This document shows, in pieces, positions 55,339 to 62,833 of a stretch of DNA of 64,000 nt; positions within the stretch are counted from its first letter, which is position 1, and every line of letters begins with the position of its first letter. This stretch comes from Lachnospiraceae bacterium. GTDB lineage: Bacteria > Bacillota > Clostridia > Lachnospirales > Lachnospiraceae. Location: contig VSND01000010.1 of the NCBI GenBank assembly GCA_009774145.1, positions 14,335 through 78,334 on the forward strand, written 5' to 3'. The position numbers were made by a program, and so were the translations under genes. The notes under the pieces were generated by a model that did no database searches, was not told the DNA's origin, and saw only the letters and a list, made by a program, of their open reading frames with translations.

Positions 55339-56241
55339 TTAAGTCTTCTGATACTGTTTCAGGGCTTCCACATAGATTTCACCAAGTCTGGACAACTCCC
55401 GGTCTTTATTCAGAATATATCCGATCCTCATCATTTCATCCTCATAAAGCGGAACGGAAATAATCGCATCTCCATGAAGGTATCTGGGAAAAATACCGCT
55501 TGATATCGTATAACCGTCCAGTCCGATCATAAAGTTTACAATGGCGGCGCGGTCACTGATCCTGATGCTCTTCTCTGCGGCCTCGCTGCTGAACAGTTCT
55601 TCTGCAAAATTAGAAGATTCATACGCCCCCTGGACAAAATTCAGCCTTGGATACGGTTTCAGATCTTCCAGCCGGATCTTCTCCTGCTCCGCCAGCGGAT
55701 GGCCTTTTCGTAAAAACACATGGGGAGCCGCAGTAAACAGTTCATAAAATTCCAGACCATATTCTTCAAACGTCTTTCTCAGTACCTGTTCATTGGTTCT
55801 GCCAAGATAGAGAATTCCAAGATCACTGAACCGGTTTCTGACGTCCATAATAATCTGATGCGTCTGTGTCTCATTCAGAATAAACTCATACCGTTCCTGC
55901 CCGAACTGCCTGACCAGTTCCACAAAAGCATTGGCGGCAAATGTATAATGCTGTGTGGAGATGCAGAACCTCTGCTTTTCCGGCCGATGCTCAATATACC
56001 GTGACTCCAGAAGTTCCATCTGCTGCACGACCTGCCTGGCATATCCCAGAAATTCCATGCCCTCCGCTGTCAGCGCAACGCCTGCCCGACAGCGGTGAAA
56101 AATCGTGATTCCTGCTTCATGCTCCACTTCCTTGACCGCTCCGGAAAGGCTCGGCTGTGAAAGGAACAGTTCTTTTGCCGCTTCTGTAATAGAACCCTTT
56201 TCCGCTATGGTTATCATATATTTCAGCTGCTGTAATGTCAT
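55339..56241 (-). CDS. LysR-family transcriptional regulator
   Basis: Trimmed to the ATG at 56241 (GGAGGAG RBS). wHTH: LQQLKYMITIAEKGSITEAAKELFLSQPSLS. Confidence 0.9.
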   Translation of the reverse strand: MTLQQLKYMITIAEKGSITEAAKELFLSQPSLSGAVKEVEHEAGITIFHRCRAGVALTAEGMEFLGYARQVVQQMELLESRYIEHRPEKQRFCISTQHYTFAANAFVELVRQFGQERYEFILNETQTHQIIMDVRNRFSDLGILYLGRTNEQVLRKTFEEYGLEFYELFTAAPHVFLRKGHPLAEQEKIRLEDLKPYPRLNFVQGAYESSNFAEELFSSEAAEKSIRISDRAAIVNFMIGLDGYTISSGIFPRYLHGDAIISVPLYEDEMMRIGYILNKDRELSRLGEIYVEALKQYQKT

Positions 56242-56375
56242 ATCCGCTCCTCCAGTCATGTTCCTTTTCCGTTATTCTTTTTCTGCATTTTTCTCCTTGC
56301 TTCTCAGCAGAAACTCCTGAACGTTTTTCAGATCCTCTTCGCGCAGAAGATAATCTATGTATCTGGCGTTTAAAT

Positions 56376-56590
56376 ATGTTCGATGTTTCCATTGATACAA
56401 ACAGAAATCTGCTCAGCAGCATGCTGTATACCATAAAATCACTCTGCAATTCAGTTGCCCATAACAATATGTTTTTTGATACCAGATTCAAAGACAGAAA
56501 AATCAGCCCTGTACTTAAAAAGTGGATGGAAAAAGAAACAGGTATACAAAATAATACCTTATATTCTCTGATTGACTACATAATAACTGT
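56376..56590 (+). pseudogene. Abi_2 (AbiD/AbiF)-like C-terminal fragment
   Basis: ..IKSLCNSVAHNNMFFD.. resembles the LRNxxAHHxRxW core of Abi_2 proteins. The N-terminal ~150-200 aa are missing. The 3' boundary is uncertain, as it runs into the DUF262 gene's 3' end. Confidence 0.3.
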
Positions 56591-57442
56591 ATGCTGCTTA
56601 CTGAAACGCATATCCTCATTATCTTTTGCAAGCCAGCAGATTTTCTGTAAAAACTCAGAATTTTCAAATTCCTTATCCTTTATCATCTGCGGATAGAAAT
56701 CTGGCTTCACAGCTAAATGACAGAAATAATCCACAACCTTCCGAAGCATATTTCCGCCATGTGCTGTGTCCGATGCCATTTTTGACATTACAAAATCTGA
56801 TTGACTAAGCGGTGTTCCCTTAGAATTAATTCTTATGAATATTTCTGTTACTTCGTCAATATCAAGAAAGTGATCCAGTTCTATTACACCAATCTGTCGG
56901 TTTACAACGCCCTTCAGCTTAAGCAAAGTTTCTGAAAGCTCATCCAAATCAACACCTTCATTTGTCCGTGCATATTCATTCTCGAAGGCTCTCTGTCTGA
57001 AATCCGGCTTGAATAATTCAGAAATATCCGGAATCCACTTTTTGTCCTTGAGATGTGATGCATCTTGAACTGCAAACCTCTTGGTAGGATCATCTGTCAG
57101 AGGATTAAAGGCAATTTTAATTCTTCCCCGGTTAAAATCCTCATCAAGCACTTCCAGTCCGGAAACAGCTGCCATAAGTGCAGTAATTCTCTGCTGTCCA
57201 TCGATAAGAACATGTTTTCCGTTTGCCATAGTGCCATCTTTGGTCTGGACATCCGGATTCTTCCATGTAATTATGTATCCGGTTGGATAGCCATTATACA
57301 GAGAATCTATCAGGTCTCTTACCTGACTTCTCTTCCATACAAACTGCCGCTGAATCTCGGGAATTACAAACTGCCCCGCTTCTATCAGACCAAGAACAGC
57401 ACTGACCGAATATTGCATTAAAGTAAATTTCTCTCCAACCAT
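56576..57442 (-). CDS. DUF262 (ParB-like, GmrSD N-terminal domain) protein, apparently lacking a C-terminal nuclease domain
   Basis: FVIPEIQRQFVW and LIDGQQRITAL motifs. 288 aa, with no DUF1524/HNH-like region. Confidence 0.8.
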   Translation of the reverse strand: MVGEKFTLMQYSVSAVLGLIEAGQFVIPEIQRQFVWKRSQVRDLIDSLYNGYPTGYIITWKNPDVQTKDGTMANGKHVLIDGQQRITALMAAVSGLEVLDEDFNRGRIKIAFNPLTDDPTKRFAVQDASHLKDKKWIPDISELFKPDFRQRAFENEYARTNEGVDLDELSETLLKLKGVVNRQIGVIELDHFLDIDEVTEIFIRINSKGTPLSQSDFVMSKMASDTAHGGNMLRKVVDYFCHLAVKPDFYPQMIKDKEFENSEFLQKICWLAKDNEDMRFSKQHTVIM

Positions 57443-57654
57443 AGTCTTGTCACCTCAACTTTATTTTTTATACCTCAGCAGATACCTGATACTGAACAGA
57501 TTCTGCTGCATCATCTGTTCTCACGCAACCAGTGATAGAAATACAGAAGCAATTCAGGATTCTCCGAATTTATTCGGACCAGTTTACGCCTTCCATTACC
57601 TTTATGATCGCCTGTTTCATCTTATCATGCAAATAAGCTTCATTCAGCTTACTT

Positions 57655-58407
57655 TTACTGTATTTGAGATACTGGTCCTGTGTGTATTCCACCAGCAGTG
57701 CTGTAAAAAACCGCTCCCGGCTTATGGTGCATTAACTGATAGAGTTCGTTCATTTCAGAACCAATTGCCGCACCATCTGTTATGACCAGAGCCGGTTCCT
57801 GGTTCAGATTACTCATAACTGTTTTCAAATTGGGCTTGCCGCCTGCGCTGCTGCAGGCAATCTCTCTTTCATTACAGACGGCACGAAAAAATTCATAGCC
57901 GGAATGGGAATCTTCCACCACAACAGCCAACGGCTTCTTCCTTCCACAAAACTCTTCCGTACTGTAAATATGATACAGTTCATTATAAGTCCGTTTCAGA
58001 TCATGATACCTGCCTGAAGTATGGATGCCATAAATCTCTTCCACCGAGTATGGCAGGTTGGGAAGATCCTCCCTCGTAATGATTACAAAATAATCATCTG
58101 AAGCCTTCACTGCAGCAGCAAATTCCTGTGACTTTATAAATTTGTTCTCCTCATCCAGAAAAATAATCTCTTCATGGATATTGGGCAGCACGAGATTCCA
58201 GTCCTGTCCGCCAAGTGTTCTGCATGGGCGTTCACAGAAAATCTCTACACCCGAACCGTCCCCAAAAGCGGCCGCCTGCTCCAGCAGTTCGATCAGCTTC
58301 GTCTTCCCTGTCGCACTGTCTCCACGGATAATTGTAATATTTCGCCGGATATCCAGTTCATAGCGGAGCCTGTTATTCTGTACGATAATATGATATTTCC
58401 CTTTCAT
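57655..58407 (-). CDS. Compact P-loop NTPase fused to a TOPRIM/DUF4435-like domain (possibly frameshifted; restored frame ends at 57570)
   Basis: Walker A GDSATGKT, IIFLDEE, then VVVEDSHSGYEFF and LVITDGAAIG. Its AAGGAG RBS lies inside the upstream gene. An A6 run at 57705-57710 precedes a 44-codon open alternative frame. Confidence 0.7.
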   Translation of the reverse strand: MKGKYHIIVQNNRLRYELDIRRNITIIRGDSATGKTKLIELLEQAAAFGDGSGVEIFCERPCRTLGGQDWNLVLPNIHEEIIFLDEENKFIKSQEFAAAVKASDDYFVIITREDLPNLPYSVEEIYGIHTSGRYHDLKRTYNELYHIYSTEEFCGRKKPLAVVVEDSHSGYEFFRAVCNEREIACSSAGGKPNLKTVMSNLNQEPALVITDGAAIGSEMNELYQLMHHKPGAVFYSTAGGIHTGPVSQIQ

Positions 58408-58411
58408 AATA

Positions 58412-58861
58412 TCAACGCTCCTTTATCTTCAGTGCTTCTTCCAGATACTCTCCATAGCTGTGTACCGCTGTTCCTGTATTAACGATGACAGCTTCAAAAT
58501 CCGGAACAGCACTAAAATCCATCACATGATGCAGATTGATGGTCAAATCCTTCTTCCTGCCAAGCTCTGCAATCCATTTCGCACAGTTATCCCCACAGGC
58601 CGAGGCGTTGAAGATCCTTCCGCTCTCATCAAAAGCCATCAGAATCAGTGTTTTGACACCGCCGGAAATCTCTTTCGTAGAAATCGGTCCAAGCACAGGA
58701 CCCTGAATCAGATGCGGAGCAACTACATCCAAACGGTCAATCTCTTTGATCATGGCAACTGTCAAAGGCTCCGTGATCCACTCATCTTCATATCGATTGT
58801 CAAAATATGTCGGAGGATGGTAAACTGCGTTTTCCACTTCTCCAAATATGATTTTCAGCAT
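58412..58861 (-). CDS. DUF4869-like protein
   Basis: Trimmed to the ATG at 58861 (GGAGGA RBS). MLKIIFGEVENAVYHPPTYFDNRYEDEWI and ASACGDNCAKW match the recalled DUF4869 family. Confidence 0.6.
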   Translation of the reverse strand: MLKIIFGEVENAVYHPPTYFDNRYEDEWITEPLTVAMIKEIDRLDVVAPHLIQGPVLGPISTKEISGGVKTLILMAFDESGRIFNASACGDNCAKWIAELGRKKDLTINLHHVMDFSAVPDFEAVIVNTGTAVHSYGEYLEEALKIKER

Positions 58862-59527
58862 TGCTTTTTCCTCCTTCCAGACCATAGATACGATATCGGA
58901 TTTCTGTGCATACAGAATTTTGGTCCATGTGCCGCTTCCTGTATTTCTCAGATCATCTACCAGATTCGTATTCTGATATTCCGTATAACACAGGAGCAAA
59001 AGAAACGCGAGAAAGATCATGCATTCGCATCATATGCTTTTCCCCATTCGCACAGCGCCCCACAACCGGTTCCGGCGCAGCACCCGCTTCGCTCAGCGAA
59101 TATTCAGTCCCGGCTCCATCGGACACTGTCCGTCCGCTGCACTTTCTCCATATTTGACTGTTTCCTTCTGTGAATTTCAGCAGGCAATTTTTCGTGGTTT
59201 GCAGAACCGCATCTTCTGTGTCTGCACCTGAAACTTTTCCCATAATGCACCCCAAACTTCCCACAAACAAAAGGAACCGGCTTAATTTCCCGACCGCCGG
59301 GAATTTCATATATGCTTGAACCGATCTGCATTCCATGTTATACTTTCCCCATATCAGATCATTTGATGGTGAGATTCATGTGTAAAAATAAAAAAAGAAG
59401 AAACAAAGCACGGCTCCATGCAAAGCCAGTATAAGCGACACCTGCATGGAGCAGTATTCCGTCGCTGAACAGAACTGCTGGCTTTGCCGCCTGATTTTAT
59501 AAACGAAATCAAGGAGGAAGCCCGCAT

Positions 59528-59791
59528 ATGAAATACATCAATGCTGCTGCCATTCTCCCGGACGCACTGGTCAAAGAACTGCAGAAATATGTGCAGGCAG
59601 GATATATCTATGTTCCAGCCAGCGACGGGCAGCGCAGGACATGGGGAGAACGGTCCGGCTATCGAAAGGAACTTCAGAAGCGTAACGAAAAAATCCTTGC
59701 AGAGTATCAACAGGGCGCATCGGCAGACGATCTTGCCGACCGTTACCACCTTTCCGTATATGCCATCAGAAAAATCATCTATCAGAAATGA
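59528..59791 (+). CDS. CD3324-family small DNA-binding-like protein
   Basis: MKYINAAAILPDALVKELQKYVQAGYIYVP... and a C-terminal HTH-like LADRYHLSVYAIRKII. Family recalled. Confidence 0.6.
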   Translation: MKYINAAAILPDALVKELQKYVQAGYIYVPASDGQRRTWGERSGYRKELQKRNEKILAEYQQGASADDLADRYHLSVYAIRKIIYQK

Positions 59792-59797
59792 CCCGAA

Positions 59798-59843
59798 GAG
59801 CCGCTGTATACCGGAGGAAAAATGCTCCGTATGGCAGCGGCTC
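59798..59843. terminator. Bidirectional terminator hairpin between convergent genes
   Basis: GAGCCGCTG (59798-59806) pairs with CAGCGGCTC (59835-59843), with an inner CGGAG/CTCCG stem. Confidence 0.5.
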
Positions 59844-59863
59844 TGGTTCTACAGATATCTTTT

Positions 59864-60163
59864 TTACAGCAGATAGTTATTCTCTTTGTCCGCCACCTGC
59901 AAAGCCGCAAGGGTACAGGTTGCATATCCTTCGGCAACAAGCGGCTCCAGCCTGCACAGGGCTTCGGCCTCTTCCCGGCTCTGAGTTTTGAAAATAACCA
60001 TACCGGCTACGCCAGGATAACCTTTCAGCGGACCGCACAGTTCTATCTTTCCTTCGGCATCCAAATTTCTCAGATTTTCTACATGCCTTGTAATTACAGC
60101 TTTTGTAACCCTGTTGTACGACTTTCCCCTTTTTATCATCATTACGTACAGCCATTTTTCCAT
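59864..60163 (-). CDS. YciI-family protein
   Basis: Trimmed to the ATG at 60163 (AGGAGG RBS). 99 aa. The ..HVENLRNLDAEGKIELCGPL.. pattern is typical of YciI. Confidence 0.7.
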   Translation of the reverse strand: MEKWLYVMMIKRGKSYNRVTKAVITRHVENLRNLDAEGKIELCGPLKGYPGVAGMVIFKTQSREEAEALCRLEPLVAEGYATCTLAALQVADKENNYLL

Positions 60164-60544
60164 GTTTTTACCTCCTGTTTCATAATTGATTCTGTCAGCT
60201 TCGGACATAAGCAGCACGAAGAACTGACCTGGAATTACGTGTAGATTTTCAGAATATCCATCACCCGCTCTTTGAACATGATCCGCGCCGTTTTTGGCTC
60301 CATGATTTCGACATACTTCCCAAACGACAGAAGATAGCGAATCGTCCGGAGGTAATTCAATGACAGACACTCCCAATCCTGTAAAAGATTATAGCATATC
60401 TAATATGACATGTAGCTGTCACATTAGATATTTATTTTAGATTCTTATTTTACTGATTATGTCTGTACGGTTCTGTATATGGAAACTGCTTTTGAAAACA
60501 GGTAATATAATCCTGTCAAAACCAGCCGAAAGGAGACTTACCGC

Positions 60545-61177
60545 ATGACAGATACAAAGAATATCTATCCTCGCACCGGCGATCGGCAGACCATCTATCT
60601 TGGAAATGTCATCACCAGTCCTTATATTGAGGTGGGCGACTACACGATGTACCATGATTTCGTCAATGATCCGGTAAATTTTGAACATAACAACGTGTTA
60701 TACCACTACCCCGTCAATCAGGACCGCCTCATCATCGGAAAATTCTGCTCCATTGCCTGCGGAGCAAAATTCCTTTTTAACAGCGCCAATCATTCGCTGA
60801 CTTCTCTCAGTACTTATCCTTTTTCGCTCTTTTTTGAAGAATGGGAACTGGATAAGAGAAACATTGCACAAAGCTGGGACAACAAAGGGGATATAATCAT
60901 CGGAAACGATGTATGGATCGGATTTGAAGCCGTTATTCTTGCAGGCGTCACCATCGGAGACGGCGCCATCATCGGCGCCCGCGCGGTCGTTACCAGAGAC
61001 GTACAGCCTTACACGATCGTGGGCGGCGTCCCTGCACGCCCGATCCGGACACGTTTTGATGACAATACGGTCGCCAGACTGCGGAACATGAAATGGTGGA
61101 ACTGGCCGAAAGAAAAGATTGCCAGGAATATCCAGGCCATCCAGTCCGGCTGCCTGGAACAGGTCAGGGAGAATTGA
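60545..61177 (+). CDS. Vat-family streptogramin A / xenobiotic O-acetyltransferase (hexapeptide repeat)
   Basis: N-terminal [14 protein letters not shown].., a left-handed beta-helix repeat region ([27 protein letters not shown]) and a C-terminal WWNW. 210 aa. Confidence 0.85.
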   Translation: MTDTKNIYPRTGDRQTIYLGNVITSPYIEVGDYTMYHDFVNDPVNFEHNNVLYHYPVNQDRLIIGKFCSIACGAKFLFNSANHSLTSLSTYPFSLFFEEWELDKRNIAQSWDNKGDIIIGNDVWIGFEAVILAGVTIGDGAIIGARAVVTRDVQPYTIVGGVPARPIRTRFDDNTVARLRNMKWWNWPKEKIARNIQAIQSGCLEQVREN

Positions 61178-61223
61178 ATACTTCCAGCTTATCAGATTCA
61201 CTGTATCCATCTTCCTTTTCCGC

Positions 61224-61252
61224 TTGACAATTACTATAAATTATAGTAATAT
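61224..61252 (+). promoter_or_regulatory. Candidate sigma-70-type promoter of the MATE gene
   Basis: TTGACA (61224-61229), a 17-nt spacer, then TAATAT (61247-61252). Confidence 0.5.
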
Positions 61253-61285
61253 AGGTTCTGCCGAAAACTACTATAATTTATAGTA
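61232..61285. promoter_or_regulatory. Two copies of a 17-bp palindromic operator
   Basis: TACTATAAATTATAGTA (61232-61248) and its exact reverse complement TACTATAATTTATAGTA (61269-61285). The first overlaps the -35/-10 spacer. Confidence 0.5.
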
Positions 61286-61326
61286 ATATAAAAAACATTA
61301 TAAGTCAGGCGAAAGGAGAAAATGAT

Positions 61327-62742
61327 ATGAACGAGCAAAGCAGGAAAATGGAACTTCTGGGGGCTGTGCCAGTACCAAAGGCTCTTTTGGCGCTGGGACT
61401 GCCGACCATGACAGGTATGCTGATCAACGCACTTTATAATCTGGCGGACACCTGTTATGTGGGCGGACTGGGAACGGATCAGATGGGAGCAGTCACGGTG
61501 GCCTTTCCTTTGGGACAGACTGTCGTCGGACTGGGACTGCTTTTCGGGAACGGCGCGGCGGCATATCTTTCCAGGCTGCTGGGGCGCGGGGACAAGGATA
61601 CCGCCGATCAGGCAGCCAGCACAGCTTTGTACAGCAGTGTATTGATCGGAGCGATTGCCATCCTGTGCTCTCTCCTGTTTCTGAAACCCATATTAAATCA
61701 GACAGGCGCACTGGAAAGCGTGATGCCTTATGCGGTTTCCTATACCCGCATTTACCTTACGTTTTCCATTTTTAATGTTTTCAATGTCACAATGAACAAT
61801 ATCGTATCCAGCGAAGGGGCCGCAAAGACGGCCATGTGTGCATTGATGGCCGGTGCTGTCCTGAATGTGATATTAGACCCCGTTTTTATCTATGTCCTGA
61901 ATCTTGGAGTCGCCGGCGCAGCCATTGCTACCGCTGTCTCGCAGATGATTTCCACAGCAGTTTACCTGCTCTATCTCTTCCGGAAAAAGAGTATCTTTCA
62001 TTTTCGTATAAAAGACTGCTGCTTTTCAAAGGAAATCATGTCTGAAATTTTGAAAGTAGGGATTCCCACTTTACTGTTTCAGGTTCTGACCAGTATGTCC
62101 ATCAGCATGATAAACAACGAGGTAAAAGAATATGGCAGTTCTGCTCTTGCCGCAATGGGGCCGCTTACAAAAATCATGTCTATGGGAACCCTGATTGTTT
62201 TTGGTTTTCTGAAAGGATTTCAGCCAATCGCCGGATTCAGCTATGGGGCAAAAAAGTTCGGCCGCTTATCTGAAGCGATAAAAACCTCTGTTTTGTGGTC
62301 AACTGTATTTTGCGCGGCCTTTGGTCTGATTACAGCGGTATTCCCCTCACAGATCATGGCGTTATTCACAAAAGAGGATGCAGAAATGATTCGGATTGGA
62401 GCAGCGGCGTTACGGGCAAACGGCCTGTCATTTATATTCTTTGGATTTTATACCGTGTACTCTTTTTTATTTCTTGTATTGGGAAAAGCAAAAGAAGGCT
62501 GCTTTCTTGGTGCCTGCCGGCAGGGAATCTGTTTTGTTCCGGTTATCCGGTTCCTGCCAGGGATTGCAGGTTTGAACGGCGTCATTTATGCCCAGCCTGC
62601 CGCTGATGTTCTGACTGCCATGATCACCGTTTTTATGGCTTTCAATCTTCATAAGAAACTGTCCGCTGAAGAATCCCATATGGCTTCGCAGTCAGGAGCG
62701 CAGGAAAACAGTGAACCGTCACAAATGAGTAGGATATGCTGA
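61327..62742 (+). CDS. MATE-family efflux transporter
   Basis: 471 aa with 12 TM helices and MATE-type N-terminal strings (ALGLPTMTGMLINALYNLADTCYVG). Confidence 0.9.
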   Translation: MNEQSRKMELLGAVPVPKALLALGLPTMTGMLINALYNLADTCYVGGLGTDQMGAVTVAFPLGQTVVGLGLLFGNGAAAYLSRLLGRGDKDTADQAASTALYSSVLIGAIAILCSLLFLKPILNQTGALESVMPYAVSYTRIYLTFSIFNVFNVTMNNIVSSEGAAKTAMCALMAGAVLNVILDPVFIYVLNLGVAGAAIATAVSQMISTAVYLLYLFRKKSIFHFRIKDCCFSKEIMSEILKVGIPTLLFQVLTSMSISMINNEVKEYGSSALAAMGPLTKIMSMGTLIVFGFLKGFQPIAGFSYGAKKFGRLSEAIKTSVLWSTVFCAAFGLITAVFPSQIMALFTKEDAEMIRIGAAALRANGLSFIFFGFYTVYSFLFLVLGKAKEGCFLGACRQGICFVPVIRFLPGIAGLNGVIYAQPAADVLTAMITVFMAFNLHKKLSAEESHMASQSGAQENSEPSQMSRIC

Positions 62743-62753
62743 GACGCAGGATC

Positions 62754-62792
62754 TCAAAAATCTGCCGGGCGTACTGCGGCGAACTGCCCGGC
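62754..62792 (-). terminator. Terminator-like hairpin after the FGGY kinase gene
   Basis: On the minus strand, a GCCGGGC ... GCCCGGC stem is followed by AGATTTTTGAG. Confidence 0.4.
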
Positions 62793-62833
62793 CGGCGCCT
62801 CCCTTTTTCTCTTCCTTCTGCCCAAAACCGGCG

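Noticed and set aside
58953-59336. 127-aa minus-strand ORF upstream of the DUF4869-like gene (MKFPAVGKLSRFLLFVGSLGC...)
   Set aside because: It has a weak signal-peptide-like start but no RBS, no family resemblance, odd composition and competing overlapping ORFs. It may be a gene remnant and is not called.
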